From Candidatus Latescibacterota bacterium (lineage in GTDB: Bacteria > Latescibacterota > UBA2968 > UBA8231), in assembly GCA_965203175.1 (NCBI GenBank), contig OZ241867.1, positions 1,824,001-1,888,000 on the forward strand: DNA of 64,000 nt, written 5' to 3'. Below, in pieces: positions 48,955 to 57,765 of this stretch. The position numbers and the translations under genes are program-made. The notes beneath the pieces were generated by a model. It was not told the DNA's origin. It was given only the letters and a program-made list of their open reading frames with translations, and ran no database searches. Numbering within the stretch: the first letter of the stretch is position 1; the number at the start of each line of letters is the position of its first letter.

Positions 48955-49456
48955 GTGAACAAGAGCTCTTACTCGCGCCGCTACGACCCCGACGCCCTGC
49001 GCGCCACGGCGATGCTGCTCGGCATCGTATTGCACGCGGGGTTGTCCTTCACGCCGTTTCCTTGGGCAGTCCAAGATGAGCGGCAAAGCGGTTTCTTTTG
49101 GTTTTTATTTGCCGCAATCCACGGTTTCCGCATGCCGGTGTTCTTTGTGCTGAGCGGCTTTTTCACGGCCATGCTTTGGCGCGGACGCGGTTTAAAACCA
49201 GTGCTCTCCCACCGTTTTCGCCGCGTGTTGCTGCCATTCCTACTCGGGCTGGTGACCATCGTTCCCGCGGTAAACTGGATCAGCGGCTGGGCCATTGCAT
49301 CTAGATTAGAAACCAACGCGGCCAAGACCGAAAAAGACAATATCTGGAGTGCAGCCAAGAGCGGAGACCTCGCCACTATTGAACGGCACCTGCGAGGCGG
49401 GGCCGATATCGAGGGGACCGATCCGGCATTCGGGCAAACTCCCCTAGTATGGGCCG
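48955..49456 (+). pseudogene. Truncated OpgC/acyltransferase-3 plus ankyrin protein
   Basis: DALRATAMLLGIVLH, IHGFRMPVFFVLSGFF, then ankyrin IWSAAKSGDL...GQTPLVWA; the frame then loses coherence and runs into the convergent macro gene. Confidence 0.75.
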
Positions 49457-49495
49457 ATTACGGAATGGTCCCCGCGTCCGCCCGACGAGCTAGCG

Positions 49496-50041
49496 TTACA
49501 CTTTCATCGTCGCTAGAGCATTCTCGTAAGCCCCGTACGTCGCATCGTCGAAGAGGACGAAGCGCACCTCATAGAGACCGTCGTGCGCTTCGAGGAACTG
49601 CTTTACCACATTGAGCGCGACAACCGCGGCTTGCGCGACTGGATAACCATACACGCCGGTGCTAATGGATGGAAATGCAATCGTCTTGATGTTGTGCTCC
49701 ACTGCGAGTCGTAAGCTTTCCCGATAGCAGCTAGCAAGAAGTTCGGGTTCACCAGCGTCTCCGCCCCGCCAGATCGGCCCCACTGTGTGGATGACGCACT
49801 TCGCGGGAAGATTGCCCCCCGTCGTGATGACGGCTTGACCCGTGGGACAACCGCCCTGCTTGGCGCGGATTGCGCTGCATTCCGCCATGATGGCTGGTCC
49901 CCCAGCGCGGTGAATGGCACCATCGACGCCACCACCGCCCATGAGCCCCTCGTTAGCAGCGTTGGCAATCGCATCGACTCGTTCCCTTGTAATATCTCCG
50001 CGCACAAGTGCGAGAGACGTTTGGTTAATTTTTGTCGTCAT
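49496..50041 (-). CDS. Macro domain O-acetyl-ADP-ribose deacetylase (YmdB-like)
   Basis: GDIT, DAIANAAN, GGGGVDGAIHRAGG, VIHTVGP, FPSISTGVYGYP. Confidence 0.93.
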   Translation of the reverse strand: MTTKINQTSLALVRGDITRERVDAIANAANEGLMGGGGVDGAIHRAGGPAIMAECSAIRAKQGGCPTGQAVITTGGNLPAKCVIHTVGPIWRGGDAGEPELLASCYRESLRLAVEHNIKTIAFPSISTGVYGYPVAQAAVVALNVVKQFLEAHDGLYEVRFVLFDDATYGAYENALATMKV

Positions 50042-51072
50042 GAAGAATTCTCCTCACCATCGCTTGATCTTGGTCGGCTAGCACGATTTCCTGCTCCCCG
50101 TTCCTTCGCAGACTCCCGTTGATACGCATCGGCCCAGTGCGTTGCGGCGCATTCGCGGCCTTCGTTGCCAAGCGCACTGGCGATGGCCTCGCGCACCCCT
50201 TGGGGCTGAATGTGCGGAAAGGTCTGCAGGGCTGCGTCGTCGCGGACGACCGTCGGGTGGCGAATGCTGTCGATCAGTTTGCGTCCAATCCGGGCGTACA
50301 AGGGCGTCACCAGACCGAGCCAGAGGCTAGAAAGGCGCGGCGTCAACAACGGCACGGGAATCATCAGCCGCCTGAGCCGGCGCTGCCGCGCGTACTCCCG
50401 CATCAAGTCGCCGTAAGAAACCGAATCGGGACCGCCGATTTCAAAAATCGCATGGTCATCGGTTTTTAAGTCGAGTGCGGCCGAGAGATATTGCAGCAGA
50501 TCGTCAATCGCTATTGGCTGTGCAGTGACGTTCACCCAACGCGGAGTGATCATCACGGGAAGCCGCTCCACCAGCGAGCGAATCATCTCAAACGACAAAC
50601 TGCCAGAACCAATGACAATAGAGGCGCGAAACTCGACGACCTGCACTCCCGATGCGCGCAGGACCTCGGCGACCTCCTGCCGGCTTCTAAGATGCGGGGA
50701 CAGCTCCCCACTCGTTTCGCCGAGACCGCCGAGATAGATAATCCGCCCGACGCCCGCTCTCTGCGCCTCTGCACCAAAGTTGTGCGCGGCCCGGCGGTCC
50801 TGTTCCTCGAAATCGCCCTTTGAACCCATGGAGTGGACCATGTAGTAGGCAATCTCGACGCCGTCCATCGTCCCTGTGAGGCTTTCGCGGTCGAGGACGT
50901 TGCCGCTGATTACTTCCGTCGTTGGCCCAACGCAAGATTGGAGTGCCTCGGGACGCCGAGTTACACAGCGCACCCGATGCCCGGCATTTTCCAACACGTG
51001 CAACAGCCGCCCGCCGATATAGCCGGTCGCGCCCGTCAAGAGAATGGGCGAAGTCGCTGACGGTGTAGGCAC
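50038..51072 (-). CDS. YbjT-like atypical SDR NAD(P)-binding protein, C-terminally truncated
   Basis: LLTGATGYIGGRL, YYMVHSM, SPHLRSR, RASIVIGSGS.SFEM, QPIAI; low-complexity tail after WADA where DUF2867 often follows. Confidence 0.8.
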   Translation of the reverse strand: MPTPSATSPILLTGATGYIGGRLLHVLENAGHRVRCVTRRPEALQSCVGPTTEVISGNVLDRESLTGTMDGVEIAYYMVHSMGSKGDFEEQDRRAAHNFGAEAQRAGVGRIIYLGGLGETSGELSPHLRSRQEVAEVLRASGVQVVEFRASIVIGSGSLSFEMIRSLVERLPVMITPRWVNVTAQPIAIDDLLQYLSAALDLKTDDHAIFEIGGPDSVSYGDLMREYARQRRLRRLMIPVPLLTPRLSSLWLGLVTPLYARIGRKLIDSIRHPTVVRDDAALQTFPHIQPQGVREAIASALGNEGRECAATHWADAYQRESAKERGAGNRASRPRSSDGEENSS

Positions 51073-51087
51073 TGGTTTTTCCCGCTA

Positions 51088-51145
51088 ATTTGACTGTGTA
51101 TCGTCATTTTTCACAACAATTTGACGACAACATATACATTTTTCA
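51088..51145 (+). repeat. About 58-bp direct repeat, copy 1 (promoter/operator-like)
   Basis: Matches 56630-56688 with 2 substitutions and 1 indel; contains the TCGTCA-N15-TGACGA inverted repeat. Confidence 0.95.
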
Positions 51146-51181
51146 TTCATCCTACAGTCAGGTCTCGTCCATCCACCACAG

Positions 51182-51364
51182 CTACGGTACGCTATTCTTC
51201 TCTTCGGCATGGGGCACTTCCTCGCTGCGAATGAAACCATTACAAAGGGCACAATGAATGACCCGCAGGGCTAGTTCCTTCCCTTTGGACGTGCGGCGCG
51301 GGGGCTCAAGGACAATGCGCGTGTTGGTGGCGCGGCGGCAGTGGGGGCAATAGGTAGTGGACAT
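51182..51364 (-). CDS. Small zinc-ribbon protein (60 aa)
   Basis: MSTTYCPHC...HCALCNG, two CxxC pairs; GGAGGA RBS. Confidence 0.7.
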   Translation of the reverse strand: MSTTYCPHCRRATNTRIVLEPPRRTSKGKELALRVIHCALCNGFIRSEEVPHAEEKNSVP

Positions 51365-51395
51365 GGATAATCCTCCGCAAAAGTTGCCAATGGGA

Positions 51396-53372
51396 TTACG
51401 TGTTGATAATTCGCCGACGCCCACCTTTCAGCCGGTCTAGTACCTCCAGACATCGCGGCCGACGATGGTTTTCCTCTCGCAAGGAAGCCAAATACACTTC
51501 CCATTCCTGCTTGCGACCAGCCCGCGTGAGCGCATTTTTCATTTTTCGCAAATAGGGAGTTGCTGCTTCGTATCCACTCGTACTGACTCGGGCGATATTG
51601 CTCTCCGCAGTTTCCTTCCATATAGCTATCGCCCGACCCGGGTAGGCCGACTTGATGGCCTCAGCCACCTCGGTGGCATCGACAAGGAAGTCAGACAGTC
51701 CCAATCCACCCTTTTTGCGGCCAGCATAGTCGTACCACTTGAGCACCTCGTCTGGCTGCTTTTCGGCAATAGCCAACTGAGTTAGTATCCCGGTCATGGG
51801 TGCCTCTATTGCCTCGATATTGGGCACCTCGACTTCAGGAGGCGGCAGGGGCCAAGCTACCTTCGGATCGCTCTTGCGTTTTCGACCAACACCGGGTCGT
51901 CGGCCAGTTTCCAGATAGTGCCGCGCCCAAGCCTCGACGCCTTGGCCGACGCGCACCTTGCGAGCGGCTTTGCACAAATCCTGAAAACCGGCTAGATAAG
52001 GCTCGGCAAAAAACTCCTCGGCCTGAAGGGCCAACCCAGCGAGCGGATTGCCACTGCGCCAATTAATCGTCTGTAGCTGCTTGTGCATGGCCGTTTCAAT
52101 GCCCGGATAGATGGAGGCGACCGCCTCAATCCCCTGATGACACCAGCGCCGGGCCTCTTCCCAGCGGCGTTTGGCCATCAAGTAATCCACCAAGCGTTCA
52201 TAGCTCAAAGTAATGGGTGCTTCGCGCTCGCACAGCGGGATGATCTCGTCTTGGCGGCCGGCCTTTTCCAAGGCGAGAATCAGCCAGTCGGTCAGTCGGT
52301 CCCGCTCGTAGTGCAGTTCCTCCTTAGTGTCCTTGGAGGTCTCGATACGCTGCGCTAGCCGATCACTCACCGCGGACCAATCGCTTTTGGCGTAGCGTCT
52401 TTTCCACAGTTGATCCAAGCCAGCGTCGCACAGTCCGTATTCGTCGGCCAGTGCCATATTTAAGGCCCATTCTACTTGGTCTGCTGGCGACAGAGACGAT
52501 TTTTCCAAGACTTGAAAAAGAACATCGAGGCAGTCGGAGAACGCCGCTTCGAATTCGCCTTCGCTATCGTACTGTAGTGCTTGGTGGGCTGTGGCCAATA
52601 GCTCCGGCCCCAGTCGCACGGCCGCGTCGGCCTGTCCGGCTTGCGCCAGCCCTTTGAGCGCCGCCTTGAGGCGATCCGTGTTAAGCGCAGGGGAGTTGCC
52701 GTATTCGTCCCATACCGGCTCTTCTAAGGTACTGATCTCGCGGCGGATCGTCTGGAAAATTTTGTCAGTCTGCCCCGAGGTTAAGTCTCGGCGGTCGGCG
52801 ATCAACTGGCGCACCGCGTCATGCGCGTCCGCGAGTTCCATCACCAGCGCTACGAGTTCGGCTTTGGTCTGCTCTTGGAGGTACGGACGCAGAGAAGCTG
52901 TCTTGAATTTTGACCGCCCGGAACGCACCTTGACGTTTTCTTCCTCCTCTTCCTCGGCGAATTCCTCGTATTCGTCGCCTTCATCCCCTATCGCTTCTAG
53001 TTTCAACAAGCGCGGATCGTCCTCGTCAATTTCGCCAATAGCACTATCAGTCTTGAGGCGTTCCAAGTATTCCAGTACCACCGCCACCGCGTGCTTGCAG
53101 GTATCCCAATAGGGACAGGTGCAGGCGGATTCCAAGCCGTTCCTCTCGGTAAGACGCACTCGGGTGGCATAGCGCCGCGTTCCTCTCACCCAAGCTGCCA
53201 ACGTCCCGCCCTCAGTGCGTCCCAAGTTTTCAACCGCTCCGTTTCTCTGATAAGGGCGTCCTCGTCCGACTATGACGTTGCCCGCCCATTCCTCTAGGTC
53301 TTCCCAAGTGAGTTTCGAGAATGGGTCGGAAGACTTTTGCTTCTTAGTGGTTTTCTTTTTTTGCCGCGCCAT
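51396..53372 (-). CDS. SWIM zinc-finger protein with long helical C-terminus
   Basis: RGRPYQ..G.V, VRGTRRY, CTCPYWDTCKHAVAV (CxC..CxH). Confidence 0.85.
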   Translation of the reverse strand: MARQKKKTTKKQKSSDPFSKLTWEDLEEWAGNVIVGRGRPYQRNGAVENLGRTEGGTLAAWVRGTRRYATRVRLTERNGLESACTCPYWDTCKHAVAVVLEYLERLKTDSAIGEIDEDDPRLLKLEAIGDEGDEYEEFAEEEEEENVKVRSGRSKFKTASLRPYLQEQTKAELVALVMELADAHDAVRQLIADRRDLTSGQTDKIFQTIRREISTLEEPVWDEYGNSPALNTDRLKAALKGLAQAGQADAAVRLGPELLATAHQALQYDSEGEFEAAFSDCLDVLFQVLEKSSLSPADQVEWALNMALADEYGLCDAGLDQLWKRRYAKSDWSAVSDRLAQRIETSKDTKEELHYERDRLTDWLILALEKAGRQDEIIPLCEREAPITLSYERLVDYLMAKRRWEEARRWCHQGIEAVASIYPGIETAMHKQLQTINWRSGNPLAGLALQAEEFFAEPYLAGFQDLCKAARKVRVGQGVEAWARHYLETGRRPGVGRKRKSDPKVAWPLPPPEVEVPNIEAIEAPMTGILTQLAIAEKQPDEVLKWYDYAGRKKGGLGLSDFLVDATEVAEAIKSAYPGRAIAIWKETAESNIARVSTSGYEAATPYLRKMKNALTRAGRKQEWEVYLASLREENHRRPRCLEVLDRLKGGRRRIINT

Positions 53373-53488
53373 TTTCGTTCATTCCCCTACTCTTGGATAG
53401 CGATGTTGGGGCTTCTTATATCAATTGTCCTAATAAGGGCCGTATGCGACATTCCTACAACGGGCGTTCAGGGAAGGTATGGCGAGAG

Positions 53489-55456
53489 ATGGAGACGAGA
53501 AACGAGAAAATTAGGGCAAAGACAGCCGCCGTCCGTGCGTGGCTAATGGTCCTTCTGCCAGCCCTCGTGGCTCCCGCCCAGGGCCTGCAGGTGAAGGGCT
53601 TCACCAGCGCGGCGGTTCAGGAGGCCGTGTCCAGAGCCTCCGCCGGGGACACACTGGTGTTTCCAAGAGGAGAGTACCTGTTCACCGAGACGGTCGTCAT
53701 CGACAGGAGCATCACCCTTCTCGGCGCGGCCAAACTCGTGGACGTGGGCGAGGTCGAGCCGGGAGAGCCGAATGACCCGCCGTACTGGGACTCCTCTCCC
53801 TCCGTGTGCTACACCGAAGACAGCGACCTCGACCTGTTCCACGTGGCGAGCGACGCCGCGACCTTCAAAAGCCTCAAGCTCGTGGGGGCCATTACCCACG
53901 AGGCGGGAACCGGAGACGGCATCGCCGTTGTCGGGCACGACCAGCTCGAAATCGACAACTGCGAAATCACCCGCTTCCGCAAGGGCATCGACTTCATGAA
54001 CTCCCACAGGGGCGTAGTCACCGGAAGCTACCTGCACGAGAACTATCGCAATGGCTTCGGCTATGGGATCAGCATTACGGGGCCGACCATGGCCACCGGC
54101 GGTTCCGAGGTTGCCATATCGCGCAACGAATTCACCTTCAACCGCCATTCCATTGCCTCTAACAGCCCGCAGACCCGGTTCACCGTGGAGAACAACTACT
54201 TCCACGACAACGATCTAGAGCAGTGGCAGGCCTGCGTCGATACCCATCCCCAGGGCGGGTACGCGATTCGAGCCGTGGTCCGCGACAATATCTTCGAGCG
54301 CACCCGGCCCATGGCCTTCAAGAGCGGCAGCCTAGAGATCACTGGGAACTACTTCGATCCCGGTTGCGGAGACTACTCGGTCGGCGGGTACTCCCGGATG
54401 CTGGACTTCGGCGAACCAACGCACAACGGCAATCACATCGCCGAAGCCGTGCTCCACAACATCTACATAGGAGATAACGTGAACGCCACGGATCCGTGGC
54501 GCCGACTGCTGTGGGTGGACGACTACGACTACGAAGGGGAGACGAAATTCGTGGCCTACAACCTGTTCGTCGACGGCCGACTCTTCAAGTACAACAGCGC
54601 CCTGAGTTCTGCGCCCCGCCATCCCTTCCCCGACTCGAGCCCCAGTCCTTTCGTCGGACACATGTATGTCACCCTGCCCGGCGCAGAGGAGCGAGTCGAT
54701 ACCCTCGAAACCAACACTTGGTACGACCTGTACGCGCTGGCCGTCGACCCTCAGGGAGCGCATGACATCGCCGAGATCGGCGTCCAGCTCATCAGCTCCG
54801 GGCACCTCGCCACCGGCGATCGCATGGCTCTGGAGGAATTCTCAGTCAGTGACAGCTATTTCATTCGCGGTGCCAGCGAGTCCGTGTATGCGAGGGAGGA
54901 GGAGGGTTCATCGGATTGGACGGACCTCACGGGGATCGAGGGCCTGTACGTCGATGGCACAGAGACGGCCTGGGGAACCTCCGGCCGCGACCGCATTCGC
55001 TTCACAGCGCGATTTAGGGTGTCGGATCAGGCCCTCGGGGGAAAGTGGCGCATGTTCGGGTATGCCCGCGATCAGGACGGCAATCTGCCTGTCGCACCCT
55101 GGCACGAGTTGCTGGAGGGCTGGCCCATAGAGGTCAATAACCACGTGGCGACATCGATAACCAGCACTGCCTCGGACCAAGTGGCACCCCAGAAGACGAG
55201 GCTCGATAGCATCTACCCAAATCCCTTCAATCCAGTCACCACGATCCACTTCACGCTCTCGGAGCCGCAGCACGTGACGCTATCGGTCTACACTCTCACG
55301 GGGCAGCTAATGGAGACGCTGTTCAGCGAGACCAGGAGCCGAGGGAGTCACTCTGCGACGTGGGATGCCTCGGACCGGGCTTCGGGCGTCTACCTGTGCA
55401 GGCTGACCGGGGCTGACCAGCTCTCGCAGGTGCAGAAGATGGTCCTGATAAAATGA
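53489..55456 (+). CDS. Secreted right-handed beta-helix (pectin-lyase fold) protein with C-terminal sorting domain
   Basis: VQEAV..A..GDTLVFPRGEY, repeated IDNCEI/ISRNEF/VENNYF/VRDNIF strands; C-terminal YPNPFNP...GVYL...KMVLIK. Confidence 0.75.
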   Translation: METRNEKIRAKTAAVRAWLMVLLPALVAPAQGLQVKGFTSAAVQEAVSRASAGDTLVFPRGEYLFTETVVIDRSITLLGAAKLVDVGEVEPGEPNDPPYWDSSPSVCYTEDSDLDLFHVASDAATFKSLKLVGAITHEAGTGDGIAVVGHDQLEIDNCEITRFRKGIDFMNSHRGVVTGSYLHENYRNGFGYGISITGPTMATGGSEVAISRNEFTFNRHSIASNSPQTRFTVENNYFHDNDLEQWQACVDTHPQGGYAIRAVVRDNIFERTRPMAFKSGSLEITGNYFDPGCGDYSVGGYSRMLDFGEPTHNGNHIAEAVLHNIYIGDNVNATDPWRRLLWVDDYDYEGETKFVAYNLFVDGRLFKYNSALSSAPRHPFPDSSPSPFVGHMYVTLPGAEERVDTLETNTWYDLYALAVDPQGAHDIAEIGVQLISSGHLATGDRMALEEFSVSDSYFIRGASESVYAREEEGSSDWTDLTGIEGLYVDGTETAWGTSGRDRIRFTARFRVSDQALGGKWRMFGYARDQDGNLPVAPWHELLEGWPIEVNNHVATSITSTASDQVAPQKTRLDSIYPNPFNPVTTIHFTLSEPQHVTLSVYTLTGQLMETLFSETRSRGSHSATWDASDRASGVYLCRLTGADQLSQVQKMVLIK

Positions 55457-55479
55457 CTGGTTCCCGTTTCGCGCGGGGC

Positions 55480-56631
55480 TTATGGCCACAGAGCATCGGC
55501 GGCCAACAGGTTGGAAAATTGCGAAAATGGCAGAATCTCGATGCCATCTGCCGTTTGTAACTCAGGCCCTTCGGGATAGACGACAATGCGTCGGCACAAA
55601 CCTTCTAAGTCGGCTAGCACTCTCAACCCTTTGCACCAAGATTCGGCAAATGTACTGCCGGACTTGACCTCAATGGCGACGAATTCTCCCCCGCGTTTGA
55701 GCAGGAAATCGACCTCAGTTTGGGTTTGCGCAACAGTTGCCCAATAGAAGCATTCGTCACACAGATTGCGATAGTCTGTGTACGACCGAATCAACTGTGC
55801 AATCAGCCCTTCAAATAGGACACCGCGTTCCTCTGGTGTTGGAGGCGTCGTGACCTTTTTCATGGCTCGCACAATACCGGGGTCACACCAATACCATTTG
55901 GGCAATTTGCGTTCGCGCACGCGCAATCGGGTCTCATAGGCAGGAAGCTGAAAGCAGAGGAGCGTTTCCTCTAGGATCTCCAGATAACCCGTCACCGTCG
56001 TGCGGGCAACTTGAGCTTCTCTGGCAATGTTGGTCACGTTCAAGGTCTGACCGTGAAAGAGCGCCGCAACGGGCAGAAAGCGCGCGAATCCCGGCAGGTT
56101 GCGCACTAGGGCCTCGGCTTGAATCTCTTCTTTGAGATACATCTGCGTACAGGCAATGAGCGTCTCTGCTCTGTCCTGTGAATCCCATACAATGGGCAGC
56201 AAACCGTGTTGCAAAGCGTCGTCGAGTGCGAATTGTTCTCCCAATTCTTCGGGAATAAAGGGGTGCATCGCGCGATACAGGGCGCGCCCTGCGAGCAGGT
56301 TGACACCTGCCTGTTTGAGCTTTCTCGCGCTCGACCCGCACAAAACAAAGCGCAGCCCCCTTTCTTCTATAAAACGGTGTACTTCATTGAGCAGCGCCGG
56401 CAGTCTCTGCATTTCGTCTAAAACCACCCAGCGGTCGCCGGGCACAGCCCGCAGTTCGGCGGCTAGGAGCCCTGGATTTGCAAGCAGGCGCTGGTACGTA
56501 TCCTCGGCGAGCAAATTGATGACGTGCGCATCGGGAAAAGCGATCCGCAAATAGGTGCTTTTTCCAACGCCGCGCGGTCCTAAGAGAAAGAAGCTTTTTT
56601 TAGGGGCTTCAAATATACGTGGAATCGTCAT
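55480..56631 (-). CDS. AAA+ ATPase with DUF4143-type C-terminal domain
   Basis: GPRGVGKST, LDEMQR, LCGSSARKL, LLAGRA, PKWYWCDPG, EVDFLL..AIEVK. Confidence 0.88.
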   Translation of the reverse strand: MTIPRIFEAPKKSFFLLGPRGVGKSTYLRIAFPDAHVINLLAEDTYQRLLANPGLLAAELRAVPGDRWVVLDEMQRLPALLNEVHRFIEERGLRFVLCGSSARKLKQAGVNLLAGRALYRAMHPFIPEELGEQFALDDALQHGLLPIVWDSQDRAETLIACTQMYLKEEIQAEALVRNLPGFARFLPVAALFHGQTLNVTNIAREAQVARTTVTGYLEILEETLLCFQLPAYETRLRVRERKLPKWYWCDPGIVRAMKKVTTPPTPEERGVLFEGLIAQLIRSYTDYRNLCDECFYWATVAQTQTEVDFLLKRGGEFVAIEVKSGSTFAESWCKGLRVLADLEGLCRRIVVYPEGPELQTADGIEILPFSQFSNLLAADALWP

Positions 56632-56688
56632 TTGACTATGTTATCGTCATTTTTCACAACAATTTGACGACAACATATACACTTTTCA
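56630..56688 (+). repeat. About 58-bp direct repeat, copy 2, abutting the ATPase start codon
   Basis: Matches 51088-51145. Confidence 0.95.
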
Positions 56689-56741
56689 CAGACTGTCAAG
56701 TTATGGATGAACGACAACGGAGCTAGCACGGCTCGGTTTCT

Positions 56742-57125
56742 TTATTTGGCATCGATCTCTTCCAGCCGCGAGAGGCGCTGATCCATATTGTCGAGGAAGG
56801 GCTTGGGATCGTCGATGAACATCCGGGGAGAGTTCAACCGACGGCTCTGGATTTGGTGATGACGCTCTAAAGTCCTGAGACTCATCTCCAATTCTCGGAG
56901 GGCCCGATGCATCTCAAAGTGGAGTCGTCTGGGACGGCGTACCCGCAGGGCCGGCTGACCGGCGCGCTTGTAGAGCTGGCGCAGTCGGTCGGCTAGTTGT
57001 TCCAGCCGTTCGCGATTCTTTTCTTCGATCCCTCCGCAATACAGGGCTATGAATATGGCTAAAGAGAAGGCTATGAATATGGCTAAAAAGGATGAGAAAT
57101 ACCAGCTAAAATAGATTGGTTCCAT
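56742..57125 (-). CDS. Hypothetical protein with N-terminal TM helix and coiled coil
   Basis: AGGAGG RBS; TM segment built from a 24-bp-period duplication (ggctatgaatatggctaaa at 57045 and 57069). Confidence 0.65.
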   Translation of the reverse strand: MEPIYFSWYFSSFLAIFIAFSLAIFIALYCGGIEEKNRERLEQLADRLRQLYKRAGQPALRVRRPRRLHFEMHRALRELEMSLRTLERHHQIQSRRLNSPRMFIDDPKPFLDNMDQRLSRLEEIDAK

Positions 57126-57139
57126 AACAACCTCCTAGG

Positions 57140-57217
57140 GTCAAGTCTCGTCCATCCACCGCACTATTGTACCCTATCCTTCTCTCCATTGTAAAGAGCA
57201 CAGTGGAGGATCCGGCA
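57140..57217 (-). pseudogene. Degenerate, internally deleted copy of the Zn-ribbon gene 3' end plus its downstream flank
   Basis: Reads CRILHCALYNG-EKDRVQ* vs LRVIHCALCNG(FIRSEEVPHAE)EKNSVP*; flank gtcaagtctcgtccatccacc vs gtcaggtctcgtccatccacc at 51157. Confidence 0.85.
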
Positions 57218-57265
57218 GCGAATCGCGAAGCTTCGCGTTGGGCGCTAGCAATTTCTTCTTACAAT

Positions 57266-57285
57266 TATACTAATAAACTAGTACA
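57266..57285. promoter_or_regulatory. YtrA-family GntR operator palindrome
   Basis: TATACTA-ataaac-TAGTACA, 9 bp upstream of the GntR start. Confidence 0.7.
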
Positions 57286-57294
57286 TTAGTTCAC

Positions 57295-57675
57295 ATGCAG
57301 GTTAGCATCAACTTGCGTGACCGCACTCCCATTTACATCCAACTGGAGCGGGGGTTGAGAGCGGCGATTGCCGCAGGACGCCTCCGTGCTGGTGATCAGT
57401 TGCCGACGGTTCGGCAACTCGCAGGCGATCTCCGCGTCAATGCGAACACAGTCGCGCGCGTGTACAGCGAACTCGAGCGCGCCGGCGTACTCGAAACCCG
57501 GCGAGGGGTAGGCTCGTTCGTCAGCGCCACCCGGGCGCAGGCCCGGCCACGACGTGAACGCGACCGCCGCCTGAGCGCGTTCGTCACGCGGCTGCTGGCC
57601 GATGCCGAAGCCGAGGGGTTTACCAGCGACGACGTCCTGACGGCGCTTCGCGCACATGTACAGGGAGGAACATAG
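57295..57675 (+). CDS. GntR family regulator, YtrA subfamily
   Basis: PIYIQL, GDQLPTVRQLA, VNANTVARVYSELE..G, RRGVGSFV; short C-terminus. Confidence 0.9.
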   Translation: MQVSINLRDRTPIYIQLERGLRAAIAAGRLRAGDQLPTVRQLAGDLRVNANTVARVYSELERAGVLETRRGVGSFVSATRAQARPRRERDRRLSAFVTRLLADAEAEGFTSDDVLTALRAHVQGGT

Positions 57676-57765
57676 GTACAGCAACTTATTGATCAGCGTT
57701 CGAACCCGTGGAGTCGGTCGAGATGCGAGACGTCGGATGGACTCCGCAGAGAGGGAATTGAGGAG

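Noticed and set aside
51088-56688. CRISPR array
   Set aside because: Only two copies 5.5 kb apart, no spacers and no cas genes
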